64,000 bases of DNA from Candidatus Zhuqueibacterota bacterium (GCA_034521575.1 JAXHMJ010000002.1:30706-94705); one strand, 5' to 3'; numbered from the stretch's first letter, positions 52,542 to 63,759 are shown. Notes: generated by a model not told the origin, from the letters alone. Numbers and translations are program-made.

Positions 52542-53621
52542 ATGGATAAATTGAAATATTATATTGCGCTGGGAGCTCCTCCAATTCGAACACCTGCCAC
52601 AGGCGATGAAGCGTTTATGCGTCCAGAAGTCGGTTTTAATCCATCATGGTTTCATAAATTTTGCGGGATTGATTTTTCTGAAAAGTGGCATACCGATGTC
52701 GGATTTAGATTGAAATGTCATGAAACGATGCGCCGGGAAATCAGAAAACGTTTTCCGGGCTATAATATCGGCGAGGCATTGCAAGACGAACCTTATGATC
52801 TGTTAACCGGGATTTATGGTATCGGGATTCTTGATTCTATCTTTAACAGACCGCTGCACTATTCCCAGAGTCAATGGCCGGTGCCCAAAGGCGCAAAATT
52901 GACCGATGATGATGCTTTATCACTCAAGGTACCTGATTTATCAAATAATGCATTTTTCATGAATATTTTTGATCAGATTGACCGGATTTACAAGGTTACA
53001 GGAGGCGTGCGAGGTTTTCTCAATTGGCAGGGAAACCTGAATACTGCTTTTCGATTCAGAGGCGAATCTGTTTTTCTTGATCTTATGGATCAGGCCGGGC
53101 CCGCAGATCACCTGCTTGATGTGATTTCCGACACATTCATTCAGGGCGTAAACCTCCTCTATGCGAAACAGCGGGAATACGGTCAAATGTATGATTTTTC
53201 TACAATCGCCAACTGTACTGTAAATATGGTCGGTCCCGAGGTATATAAATCCCGATTATTAAAATACGATCAAAAGATTGCGAGTGAATTCCCGATTATC
53301 GGTGTCCACAATTGTGCATGGACGGTTACACCCTATCTGGACCCTTATTCACAAATACCCAATGTCGCTTATATTGACATGGGCATTGATTCTGATCTGA
53401 ACAAGGCGCGTGAGGTGTTTCCTGAAGCGAGAAGAAACTGTCTGTATAAATCTATAGATCTGAAAAACAAAACGAATCAGGAAATCAGAAACGATTTTAA
53501 ATTCATTGCAGAAAACCTCGCTCCCTGTGATGTTGGAATGCCTGATATCGAATGTGATGTTCCCGATGAAAAGATCATGTTTGCTATGGATTTATGTCAA
53601 GAGTTTTCGGAACAGAAATGA
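52542..53621 (+). CDS. uroporphyrinogen-decarboxylase (URO-D)-like fold protein of unknown function
   Basis: Length and distribution of conserved acidic/aromatic residues only. No diagnostic motif was confirmed. Confidence 0.3.
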   Translation: MDKLKYYIALGAPPIRTPATGDEAFMRPEVGFNPSWFHKFCGIDFSEKWHTDVGFRLKCHETMRREIRKRFPGYNIGEALQDEPYDLLTGIYGIGILDSIFNRPLHYSQSQWPVPKGAKLTDDDALSLKVPDLSNNAFFMNIFDQIDRIYKVTGGVRGFLNWQGNLNTAFRFRGESVFLDLMDQAGPADHLLDVISDTFIQGVNLLYAKQREYGQMYDFSTIANCTVNMVGPEVYKSRLLKYDQKIASEFPIIGVHNCAWTVTPYLDPYSQIPNVAYIDMGIDSDLNKAREVFPEARRNCLYKSIDLKNKTNQEIRNDFKFIAENLAPCDVGMPDIECDVPDEKIMFAMDLCQEFSEQK

Positions 53622-53729
53622 TGAATAGTTCTGATTGCCGTATAGTTTTTGACTATCTTTTAAACTCATGATCCGATGTTTACGTGTTCTGAGAATGATA
53701 TTTTTTAAAATGAAAGATTTGGAGGAGTT

Positions 53730-55429
53730 GTGAGATCTTGTAAAATTATAGTCATTATTTGCATTGGTTTTTTGATAGCTGGATGTCAGCAACAAGAGTA
53801 TGAATTCAAATCATTAAGTGAATACGGACAATTTGCTCCGCCCGATGCGTTTGAAGAAAATGCGGAATACGCTTATTACGGCAGTGAAAATGAATGGAAC
53901 CGGCGTATGTTTTCAGAAAATGCCACATCAAAGTATTACAAGCGCCAGGGGCAAAGACAATTACTGGAAATTTTGGATGGTCATTTTGATAACGCCATTC
54001 GCATTTGTAAAAATACACTTGATGTACAGCCCCATGATTTGGAATCCTGTTTCAATTTATCCATTGCGTTTTCCCAAAAAAGTGAAATCGATTCGGCGCT
54101 CTATTATATGAAGCTTGCTTTACATAACGGGCTTCCGTTTACCAGATATCTGGCCGGACCGAAAGATTTGCTCCAACCGATTTATGAAACCGACTATTTC
54201 AAAAATCTCAAAAAAGAAAAAGATATAAAATTGATTCACGGACCCATGAAAGGCGCTGTTACAACGACGAGCGCCAGAATTTGGCTGCGTACTGCTGACG
54301 AATCCGAGGTGGAAATTGTTGTCAGTAAAAATAACAGAGATGTGATTGGCGCTTTTAGCGGGAATACAGAAGCAGTGAATGATTACAGCGTGGAAATTCC
54401 TGTCACCGGTTTAGAACCGGATACTGAATATACTTTTCAAATCTCGATTGATGGAAAACAAACAGCAAAAAACTACTCTCTCAAAACTTATCCGGAAAGT
54501 TATAAGGATAAAATTGCAATAGGTTTTGGCGGCGGTGCCGGGTACACGGATAAGCATGAAAGAATCTGGGATACGCTTGCGTCTTATTCATTGGATGCTT
54601 TTTTGATGCTCGGCGACAATGTATATGTCGACCTTCCCGAAATGCCCGGCGCTTTTCATGATTATACGTATTATCGCAGACAATCAAGACCGGAATACAA
54701 AAGATTTCTGCAAAGCACAAACATCTATGCAATTTGGGATGATCACGATGCGGCCATAGATGATATTTGGATGGGACCTTACCTTGACAAGCCTGAATGG
54801 AAACTGCCGATGCTGCGTCATTTTGAAAGACAATGGGTTAATCCATTTAACGGGTTGGAGAAGCGCCCGGCAGTTATTTTAATTTTTCCATAGGCGAGAT
54901 TGAATTGTTTATGCTCGACTGCCGGTTTTATAGAACGAATCCTTACAAGGAAGAGCGGACAATGCTCGGGCCGGATCAAAAGAAATGGTTGAAAGAAAAA
55001 ATTCTTGAATCTAAAGCCAAAGTAAAAGTAATCGTATCATCTGTGCCATGGGCGTTAGATGCAAAACCGGGAAGTAAAGATACCTGGGCAGGATTTGAAG
55101 CTGAACGGCAGGAGATTTTTAAATTTTTGACGGACCATACAATTGACCGAGTCATTCTCCTCTCAGCGGATCGCCATAGAACCGATGTCTGGAAGATTGA
55201 ACGTGATCATGATTACCCGCTTTACGAATTTCAGAGTTCGCGACTGACGAATATTCATACTCACCCGGTCATGCCCGAGGCGTTAATTGCATATAATGAA
55301 AAATGTTCTTTTGGATTACTCGAGTTTGATTTGAGTCAAAATAAAATAGGTTTCAATATTATCAGTATTGATAACCAGTCAAAGGGTCGTATCACAGTTG
55401 ATCTGGATGAACTGCAATCGAACAGATAA
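53730..55429 (+). CDS. PhoD-like alkaline phosphatase/metallophosphatase lipoprotein. An apparent C3-versus-C4 homopolymer frameshift near 54870 splits it into 53730..54893 and 54905..55429.
   Basis: Lipobox LIAGC. FLMLGDNVYVD and GSYFNFSIGEIELFMLDCRFYRT blocks typical of PhoD. Confidence 0.7.
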
Positions 55430-55614
55430 CGATCCTTTGCAAGACACTGTCGAAACTGTAAAGCAGCCGAGAACGCGTCAGGCAATAACAGAAAAGGCAT
55501 GAGACAACGACAATAGATTCTCGTGTCGATCAATGATCTGCGTTGTCAGTGTATATATATCTAAAGACAGTGATTAATGATCAATGTAACCCATAAAAAA
55601 TAGGAGTTTACCTG

Positions 55615-56490
55615 ATGAACGCGCCTGTTCAAAAAATAGAGGAATTGGAAAAAACAGCCAACACCATTCGGACGCATTTGGTGAAAATGATCGCAAAATC
55701 CGGCACCGGCCACGCCGGCGGATCGTCATCAATAACGGAAATTGTCACGGTATTATATTTTCACGAAATGAATGTAAAAAAAGGCAACCCTGACTATCCG
55801 GAACGCGACCGGTTCGTGCTGTCCAAAGGTCATGCGTGTCCTGCTCAGTACGCTGCCTTTGCGGAATTGGATTATATCCCCAAAGACATGTTATGGACGC
55901 TGCATCATATCAACAGTCCGCTGCAAATGCATCCGGAATTGGGTTTTTGTCCGGGTATTGAAATGAGCACGGGAGCGCTGGGTCAGGGGCTTTCCGCCGG
56001 AATCGGCATGGCTCTGGGGCTGCGTAAACAAAAAAAGAATAGTCGTGTGTACGTGGTGATCGGCGATGGTGAATCCATGGAAGGCCAAATCTGGGAAGCG
56101 GCCATGAGCGCGCCGAAATTCAAGCTTGATAATCTGTGTGCTGTCTTGGATTATAACAAATTTTCACTATCCGATCGGGTCCAGAATGTCATGCCGCTTG
56201 AGCCGCTCCGTGATAAATGGCAGGCATTTGGCTGGTATGTGCTTGAGGTGAATGGGCATTCGATTGCGCAGCTTGTTAACGCGTTTGATCAGGCCAGACA
56301 AATCAAAGGCAAACCGGTGATAATCATCGCCCATACGGTCAAGGGATTCAGGATTACCCATGTAGAAGATCAGGCGCAAAGTCATTCGGTGTCATTTACA
56401 AAAGATCAGGTCAAAAGTACCCTGCAGCACTTTGGCTGTTCGCAACAAGAGATAGACGAAACAATCGCCATTATGGAAGGAGTGAAATAG
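55615..56490 (+). CDS. transketolase, N-terminal (TPP-binding) subunit
   Basis: GHAGGSSSITE, SKGHACPAQYA, GALGQGLSAGIGMA. Confidence 0.85.
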   Translation: MNAPVQKIEELEKTANTIRTHLVKMIAKSGTGHAGGSSSITEIVTVLYFHEMNVKKGNPDYPERDRFVLSKGHACPAQYAAFAELDYIPKDMLWTLHHINSPLQMHPELGFCPGIEMSTGALGQGLSAGIGMALGLRKQKKNSRVYVVIGDGESMEGQIWEAAMSAPKFKLDNLCAVLDYNKFSLSDRVQNVMPLEPLRDKWQAFGWYVLEVNGHSIAQLVNAFDQARQIKGKPVIIIAHTVKGFRITHVEDQAQSHSVSFTKDQVKSTLQHFGCSQQEIDETIAIMEGVK

Positions 56491-57427
56491 ATGAATCAGC
56501 AAATCGCACCCCGGGATGTCCTGGGGCAGACGTTGATAGAATTGGCGGAACAAAATGAGGATATTGTGTTGCTGGATGCCGATTTTAATCCGGCTTCAAA
56601 AATAAATTCATTCGAAAGACCGATTCCCCGAACGTTTTTATCAGATTGGTATCGCGGAACAAAATATGATGGGCATTGCGGCCGGTCTGAGCACCACCGG
56701 TCTCATACCTTTCGTATCGACGATTTGTACCTTTTGTTCCAGACGCGCCTGTGATCAAGTCACCACCTCGATCGCTCTGCCTCGATTGAATGTAAAAATA
56801 ATGGGACTTTACGCCGGACTATTTGTGGGCAAGAACGGCGCGTCGCATCAATCACTGGAAGATATTGCCATTATGCGCGCGATCGCCAATATGACGGTTC
56901 TTCAGCCGGCGGATGCCCGGGAAACGCAAGCCATATTGCGGTATGCTTTGACCTATGACGGGCCGATGTATATTCGCATTGGCCGCGATCCGGTTCCGCA
57001 ATATGTCCCGGATGATTATGAATTTGAATTGGGCAAGGCATTGACGCTTCGCGACGGGAAGGATATCACATTGATCGGTTATGGAGATTTGATCGGTGAT
57101 ACCCTTGCAGCAGCCGATATTCTGAGCAAGAAAGGCATCAAGGCGCGAGTGTTAAATATGAGCTCTATCAAACCGATTGATGAAAAAGCGATCATACAGG
57201 CGGCCCAGGATACAGGTTATATTCTTACAGTAGACAATCATAATATATACGGCGGTGTGGGCTCTGCTGTTGCAGAAGTGCTGTCTGAAAACCGGCCCAC
57301 GAAGATGAAACGTGTGGGAGTCCGCGATGTGTTCGGCAAGTCTGGATCAAACGAGGAAATGAAAGAGAAATTCGGACTGACACACTCGGATATCGCCAAT
57401 GAAGCATTGACCTTGTTGCAAAAGTAA
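56491..57427 (+). CDS. transketolase, C-terminal (pyrimidine-binding/transketolase-C) subunit. An apparent indel near 56600 splits it into 56491..56754 and 56666..57427.
   Basis: KDRFPERFYQIGIAEQNMMGIAAGLSTTG continues in frame +1 from the first ORF. Confidence 0.8.
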
Positions 57428-57435
57428 AAAGAGTA

Positions 57436-57470
57436 AAGGTATGCAGTATCAATACCTTGCTGACTTTTCT
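57436..57470 (+). terminator. weak hairpin (AAGGTAT-9nt-ATACCTT) with a T-rich tail after the transketolase genes
   Basis: 7-bp AT-rich stem followed by CTTTTCTGTTCTT. Confidence 0.3.
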
Positions 57471-57539
57471 GTTCTTAAAGCATTACAAACAAAGATCATA
57501 GCTATTGTTTTATTAAAACCTTAATTTTTTGGAGGAAAC

Positions 57540-59090
57540 ATGTACGATCAAGCATTGCATTGGCTGGATTATCTGGTAATTGGTATCTCTTTGCTGGTTT
57601 CCTTGTACATTGGAAATCGATTTGCCAATAAACAAACCAGCACAGATAATTATTACGCCGCCGGCGGGTCTATCCCGGCCTGGGCTGTAGGATTTTCAAT
57701 CATGGCAACACTCATCAGCAGTGTTACCTTTTTGGCCTATCCGGGAGAGGGATTCAGCGATAACTGGCTTTTGCTGGTTCAGGGAATCATGGTGGTTGTT
57801 GTCCTGGTAGGATTTGTATGGTTTGTTGTGCCGCTGTACCGCAAGGTGATCGGCATAAGCGCATACGAGTATTTTGAAAAACGATTCGGCTTTTTAGCGC
57901 GTCTGTATAGTTCATTAGCGTTTGCGTTTGCCCACGGCGCCAAAATGGGAACGGTGTTCTTTTTAATGGGCCTTGCCCTGGCCAGTTTGACGGGACTCAA
58001 TACCCTTTTGATTATTTGGGTGATCGGCCTGGCTGTGATCTTTATTACCCTGCGCGGGGGGATAGAAGGTGTGATCTGGCTTGATGTGATTCAGGGCTTT
58101 TTATTGATCGGCGGCGGTTTGTTGGCGATTGGAATCATTTTGTTTTCGATCGACGGAGGTATCGTTCACCTGTTTGAGGTCGCCATTAAACATAAGCGGA
58201 TCAGCTTTGCCCCCTATGCATGGGATTTCACGCGTCTGACGTTCTGGGTCATGGTTTTTAACGGATTGTTTTACGGCATACAGAAATATGGAACCGACCA
58301 GACGATTGTTCAGAGGTATCTGGCCGCAAAATCAGAAAAGGATGCCGAAAAAGCCTCTTTGATCGGACTGTTTGTCAGTTTGCCGGTCTGGACGCTGTTT
58401 ATGTTTATCGGAACAGCCTTGTTTGTATACTATAAAGCCACACCGGAATCGCTGCCGGCCAACATTGCCTCGGATGCTGTTTTCCCGTACTTTATTCTAA
58501 CTCAAATTCCGATAGGTTTGACCGGCCTTATCATATCAGCATTGATGGCTGCTTCTATCTCCAGTCTGGACTCTGATTTGAATTGCTTGTCGGCTATTGT
58601 TGTTGAAGATTATTATATTCGTTTAAAAAAGAACGCCACGGATCAACAAAAACTTAAATTCGGCAAGGGTGTGACTGTTGTGTTTGGATTTATAAGTTTA
58701 TTAGTGGCTTCTCTTTATGTCTATCTGGGTAGTGAAGGAATACTGGGTATTATCTTTGCATTATACGCTATTTTTTCAGGTGGAATTGCGGGTATTTTTA
58801 TCCTCGGCACTCTTTCCAAACGTGCCAACAAGCAAGGCTTGTACATCGCTATTGTGCTGACCATCTTGTTCACAGGGTATGCCGTGCTGACATCCAATGA
58901 ATTCAATGGGATGATTTTGCTGGATTTGGGCAAGTGGAATTTCCCGCATCATAAATATATGATTGGTGTTTATTCTCATCTGATCATCGTTTTTGTGGGA
59001 TATTTTGCCAGTTTATTCTTCCCCCATGCAGAGGTGCATGAAGATTTGACCATCCATGCCTGGTACAAAAGACGGCGCGCTGGTCAATAA
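57540..59090 (+). CDS. sodium:solute symporter (SSS family) transporter
   Basis: About 13 predicted hydrophobic helices. SSS-family blocks (GGSIPAW, YFLAYPGEG). Confidence 0.75.
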   Translation: MYDQALHWLDYLVIGISLLVSLYIGNRFANKQTSTDNYYAAGGSIPAWAVGFSIMATLISSVTFLAYPGEGFSDNWLLLVQGIMVVVVLVGFVWFVVPLYRKVIGISAYEYFEKRFGFLARLYSSLAFAFAHGAKMGTVFFLMGLALASLTGLNTLLIIWVIGLAVIFITLRGGIEGVIWLDVIQGFLLIGGGLLAIGIILFSIDGGIVHLFEVAIKHKRISFAPYAWDFTRLTFWVMVFNGLFYGIQKYGTDQTIVQRYLAAKSEKDAEKASLIGLFVSLPVWTLFMFIGTALFVYYKATPESLPANIASDAVFPYFILTQIPIGLTGLIISALMAASISSLDSDLNCLSAIVVEDYYIRLKKNATDQQKLKFGKGVTVVFGFISLLVASLYVYLGSEGILGIIFALYAIFSGGIAGIFILGTLSKRANKQGLYIAIVLTILFTGYAVLTSNEFNGMILLDLGKWNFPHHKYMIGVYSHLIIVFVGYFASLFFPHAEVHEDLTIHAWYKRRRAGQ

Positions 59091-59259
59091 TACCAGGTTT
59101 TGCTATTTAATCATCAAGGCGAACCTGCTGACCATACTGGACTGAGGAGATTTTGAGATGAATAAACAAGTGAAAAACGAATTCAAAAAATGGCCAAAAT
59201 TGGAAACAATTGTCGGATTTGGACTATCGTTGTACTGCATACAAAAAGGAAATAAATGA

Positions 59260-60580
59260 ATGGCGTATTATCGCAATCGTCGGTCTTTTCTCAAAACGAG
59301 TGTATTGACTGTATCATCACTTGTTTTAACAGGGGTTAACTGTTCGTCTAAAAACGCGACGGAAGAGAAATCCAAGCAGCCGAACATTATATTTATACTG
59401 GCGGATGATTTGGGATGTGAAATTCCGGGAGTTTATGGCGGTGAGACGTACAAAACGCCGAACGTTGACGCCCTTGCCCGTCGCGGTATCCGTTTCACAC
59501 AGTGTTACAGTTCCCCGGCATGCGCGCCTTCGCGTGTTAAACTGTTAACAGGCAAATACGGTTTTCGTAATTATATCGGATGGGGGGCAATGAAGGATAA
59601 AGAACGAACCTTTGCTCATGTTTTAAAAAATGCCGGTTATAAAACCGCAATTGCCGGGAAATGGCAAATGGTTTTGCAAAAAAATGAACCGGATCATGTT
59701 CAGAAAATGGGCTTTGATGAGAGCTGTGTGTATGGGTGGCATGAAGGCCCGCGCTATTACGGGCCGTTTATCTACGAAAACGGCAAACCGCGAAAAGAAC
59801 CGGATGATCAATATGGCCCGGATATATTCTGCAAATTTATAACCGATTTCATCAGAAACAATCAGGGATTCCCCTTTTTTGGCCTATTATTCTATGTGCC
59901 TGCCGCATGAGATCAGCAATGACTTGCCTTCACCGCCGCCCACCGGCCCTGATGGACGCTATCAGACCTATAAGGAGCTAATTGAAACAATGGATATACT
60001 GATCGGACGAGTTGTAAAAACACTCGACGAGTTGAAGATATGCGAGGATACGCTGATTTTGTTCGCAGGAGATAACGGAACTCCGCCTGCTTTTATTTCA
60101 CGATATGAGAATGGCGAATATATAAAAGAGCCTTTATATTCAATTGTGAATGGTGAAAAAGCTATCGGAGGCAAGAAACAGCTCACAGATGCCGGTACCC
60201 ATGTGCCGTTGATCGCCAGCTGGCCGGGAACCACACCGGCAGGGACGGTTTGCGATGATCTGGTCGATTTTACTGATTTTCTGCCTACTTTTGCCGACTT
60301 GGCTCATACTTTGCCGCCTGAAAATCTGACTATTGACGGCATTAGTTTTTTACCGCAAATTCTGGGTCAAAAGAATCCAAATTCAAGAAAGTGGTCTTAT
60401 TGCCAATGGGATGGACAGGCCTGGGTTCGCACAAAACATTTCAAGCTCTACCGCGACGGCCGGTTTTATGATATGAAACGTGATCCTTTGGAACAATCAC
60501 CGATAGATCATGATACAGCAGCGAGCAAAAGGGCGAGAACAAAATTAGTAAAAATTCTCAGCCTTTGTGACACCAACTGA
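59260..60580 (+). CDS. sulfatase (formylglycine-dependent). An apparent T6 homopolymer frameshift near 59885 splits it into 59260..59910 and 59879..60580.
   Basis: Signal. Signature CAPSRVKLLTGK (CxPxR). The second ORF continues YYSMCLPHE...LFAGDNGTP. Confidence 0.8.
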
Positions 60581-60782
60581 TCGATAAACACATTATCAAG
60601 TATATCATGCTGTGCTCTGTATCAATTTTAACGATGCTGAGCCCAAAACGCGCATACAAAAAAGATGGTTGATCAAGTGGTGTCGATTCTTGTTTGTCTG
60701 GGATTACAGCCGGAACCTGAGCGTGGATACAACAGCTTGCTTTAACTCGTTGTGTATGTGAATAGCAGGCTCTTTTAATAAC

Positions 60783-62411
60783 ATGAGGAGAATCATGAGA
60801 ATGACAATGCTGTTTTTTGTATTTATGGTATTGACAGTAATTGTGCATGCACAGCAAAGGCCGAGTCCGGCAGCATCGTCAGACTGGCCGCCTGAATGCC
60901 GAAAAATTGAAATCAAATCTTCAATCGACGGTCAACCGCAGCCGGCCTATTTCTACAATGCCGGAGGGTCAGCGGCGCGTCCACTCATTGTTAGTCTGCA
61001 CACCTGGAGCAATGGATATGAACAGAAAGATACCCTGTCACAAATGTGCATTGAACGGGATTATCATTACATTCATCCGCATTTCCGGGGACCGAACAAC
61101 AATCCGGACGCCTGTGGCAGTCCTCTGGCTATTCAGGATATTGACGATGCCATCGCCTATGTGATAAACAATGCCGAGGTTGATACAGCGCAGATCCATG
61201 TGATCGGCCTAAGCGGCGGCGGATATGCCACATTGCTGGCTTTTATGAAATCAAACTACGCAATAAAGTCCTTCTCCGCCTGGGTGCCAATCTCCGATCT
61301 GGTGAAATGGTACCACGAATCCAAAGCCAGAGGCCGGAAATACGCCATGGATATCGAAAAATCGACTGTAACATGGCAGCAGTACGAGCAAGGCACGTTT
61401 TCTTTTAACAAGGATGAGGCTGTCAGACGCTCACCGTATTATATGCAGACGCCGATGTCCAGGAAACGGAGCAAACTTGCTTTATATGCCGGCATTCATG
61501 ACGGTTATGAAGGCTCGGTGCCGATTACTCAATCTCTTTTGTTTTATAACAAGGTGGTACGCGATTTTGATATCGCAGAGACCCATGCCCTGATCCCTGT
61601 TCGGGATATGCTTGAAATGACAAGCATGCGCAACACCCTGAAGCCTGACAAGCAAACTCTGGGAGGCAGAACGATCCATTATGAAAAAATGTATAAAGAT
61701 TTGGTAAAGGTTGTGATTTTTGAGGGGGGACACGAGATACTGCCTAAAGTTGCATTGGATCATGTACCTGCCAGGCGTATTTTGGCGGTCGGTGATTCGA
61801 ACGGCAAGGCGGAAACGGGCTGGGTTAATCAATTGAAAAAGATGCGTTATAATGATTTTATTTACAATACCAGTATCTCTGGAAATACCATCGGTTTTGA
61901 TAATCTGGGCGATCAGAAATTAAACACGCTTCGCAATATCAACACTTATATCGAGGATGCCTATGAACAGCTTGACGGTCTTGATGCGATTCTTATCATG
62001 CTGGGCACAAACGACTGCAAAGCGGTTTTTGATGAACGACTGCACAAAGTTCCTGAATATATGGAAACACTGATCAATTGCATAAAACAACATCCGCTTT
62101 ATAAGGTTTCGAATCCTGATATTTATCTGATCTCGCCTCCGCCCCAGGGAAAAGATAAAATAATGCGTGAAAAATATCACGGCGGGGCTGAACGTATTGC
62201 CTGGCTTTATCCACGCTTTAAAAAAATCGCTGAAAAAACGCATTGCCCGTTTATTGATGTTTATAGCCGACTGCGGCCTGTCTGGGACTATTATGCCGCT
62301 GATGGTATCCATCCCCAAACAGAAGCCCAGCGATTAATCGCGCGGATCATCAACAAAGAGCTAAAAACCAAAAGTCCGACAAAAGAGAAAGAGTGGGAAA
62401 CAAGAGAATAG
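60783..62411 (+). CDS. secreted two-domain esterase: N-terminal alpha/beta-hydrolase (GxSxG) plus C-terminal SGNH/GDSL hydrolase
   Basis: Signal peptide. GLSGGGY nucleophile elbow. GDSN block ILAVGDSNG, then LGTNDC, and DGIHP (the catalytic His of the SGNH fold). Confidence 0.7.
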   Translation: MRRIMRMTMLFFVFMVLTVIVHAQQRPSPAASSDWPPECRKIEIKSSIDGQPQPAYFYNAGGSAARPLIVSLHTWSNGYEQKDTLSQMCIERDYHYIHPHFRGPNNNPDACGSPLAIQDIDDAIAYVINNAEVDTAQIHVIGLSGGGYATLLAFMKSNYAIKSFSAWVPISDLVKWYHESKARGRKYAMDIEKSTVTWQQYEQGTFSFNKDEAVRRSPYYMQTPMSRKRSKLALYAGIHDGYEGSVPITQSLLFYNKVVRDFDIAETHALIPVRDMLEMTSMRNTLKPDKQTLGGRTIHYEKMYKDLVKVVIFEGGHEILPKVALDHVPARRILAVGDSNGKAETGWVNQLKKMRYNDFIYNTSISGNTIGFDNLGDQKLNTLRNINTYIEDAYEQLDGLDAILIMLGTNDCKAVFDERLHKVPEYMETLINCIKQHPLYKVSNPDIYLISPPPQGKDKIMREKYHGGAERIAWLYPRFKKIAEKTHCPFIDVYSRLRPVWDYYAADGIHPQTEAQRLIARIINKELKTKSPTKEKEWETRE

Positions 62412-62469
62412 GTCTCCAGAATTTGAGAGTGTAGACCTTGATTCTCAAATCCGGATATAAAGCAGAACC

Positions 62470-62745
62470 ATGGCTATCAAAAAGTCCACAATTAAACAGC
62501 TCAATCTGTTATGGGAACGCATCCAGGTCGAGCGCTACAGCGGCAGCAAAGCCAATGAGGCTCCGACAGCTCTTGTTTTTCAGGACCGCCGCGTCAAAAT
62601 CACCGACATACAGGATCGATGGTACGAAGGCGGACTCGACTCGAGCCGACCTGCCTTGTACTATTTCAAAGTTCGAACCACGGATGACGAGATTTATCTG
62701 CTGCGCTACGACCCCCTGTTTGATAAATGGTTCTTTCGCGAGTAG
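62470..62745 (+). CDS. small hypothetical protein (91 aa)
   Basis: Protein-like composition (RWYEGGLDSSRPALYYFKVRTTDDEIYLLRYDPLFDKWFF). The overlapping 62438..62764 ORF in another frame looks less protein-like. Confidence 0.3.
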   Translation: MAIKKSTIKQLNLLWERIQVERYSGSKANEAPTALVFQDRRVKITDIQDRWYEGGLDSSRPALYYFKVRTTDDEIYLLRYDPLFDKWFFRE

Positions 62746-62879
62746 AGTTCCTGGAGAAGAATAATCGTTCCGGTAATGCAGGGTGGGAACGTGTGGGGAA
62801 TAGATGCTTTAACTTTATCTTTGCATTTTTGCATGAAAATGAGTAAATAGTAAAGCTCACTATGGGTTAATCATGTTCA

Positions 62880-63581
62880 ATGAGTACAAGGAGACCCGAG
62901 AATATGAATGTCAATCTAAAGAAAGAACAACACGCATCCAGAGAGAGACCCCGATATCCCTATTCGCTTGCGGCAAAAGCCTTTTTCTTTTCTATGGACT
63001 TGATCACCGGTAAAAAAATTACCTTGGCCAAGGCCAAACTCATAGAGATGCTGGCAAGCATCCCTTACCGATCCTGGGAAATTCGCCAGTACGCTCGAAT
63101 GACACGATGCTACCGAAATTCAGAGTTGGTTCAAGAAGCATCCAATATTTTAAACTGGAGTCGAGAAGCGCAGGACAACGAATTCTGGCACCTGATGGTC
63201 ATTGATGAGAAAATGAAAAAAGATGGCGTAAAAGAGCCCTGGTATCTGTTCCCTGTTTTCCCCTTTGTTATGGTTACTGTTTATGTTATCCTGACGCGCC
63301 TTGTGGCTCTGGTGAGCATTCGCAGAGCGTTTCTGTTCAATGCAGAATTTGAGGATCATGCTGAACACGTCTATGCACAATTTGTGGACGAACATCCTGA
63401 ATGGGAAAATGAACCTGTTACGAATAAAGTCAGGGAATATGCAAATCTGGATAACTGGGCCGATATCTTTAGGCGTATTGGACTGGATGAACGGGATCAC
63501 ATGAATAACAGTTTTGTCTTATGCGGCAAGCCGGAACGTGTTGTGAAATATGGCGGCATGCCTGATCTGCCCACAGTTTAA
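62880..63581 (+). CDS. alternative oxidase (AOX/PTOX-family di-iron carboxylate quinol oxidase)-like protein. A start at 62904 after an AGGAGA RBS is possible.
   Basis: Four-helix di-iron motifs in order: IEMLASIP (LET-like), NEFWHLMV (NERMHL-like), EFEDHAEHVY (LEEEA-like), DERDHMN (RADEAxH-like). Confidence 0.65.
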   Translation: MSTRRPENMNVNLKKEQHASRERPRYPYSLAAKAFFFSMDLITGKKITLAKAKLIEMLASIPYRSWEIRQYARMTRCYRNSELVQEASNILNWSREAQDNEFWHLMVIDEKMKKDGVKEPWYLFPVFPFVMVTVYVILTRLVALVSIRRAFLFNAEFEDHAEHVYAQFVDEHPEWENEPVTNKVREYANLDNWADIFRRIGLDERDHMNNSFVLCGKPERVVKYGGMPDLPTV

Positions 63582-63759
63582 AGCCTTGATTCAAGAGTGA
63601 TCCATCGGTAAATTGACAAAAGCTCCGGATGCAAGTGTTACTATTGAAAACAGGGGACAGGAGGGGGCAAACGCGTTTATTGACGCATGATTGGCAGGAA
63701 AATATTTGTCTGAAAACGCAAAGCATGCTATCATCACAATATAATGAGGAGAGCCCCCG

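Noticed and set aside
55430-55614. Possible TPP riboswitch upstream of the transketolase genes
   Set aside because: A CTGAGA-like fragment is present, but the conserved ACCUGAUCUGGAUAAUGCCAGCG core and pairing were not found.
279-59885. Programmed ribosomal frameshifting as the explanation for the split genes
   Set aside because: No slippery heptamers or downstream structures were seen. The shifts sit in unrelated gene families and several are at simple homopolymers, so indel error (or decay) is more parsimonious.
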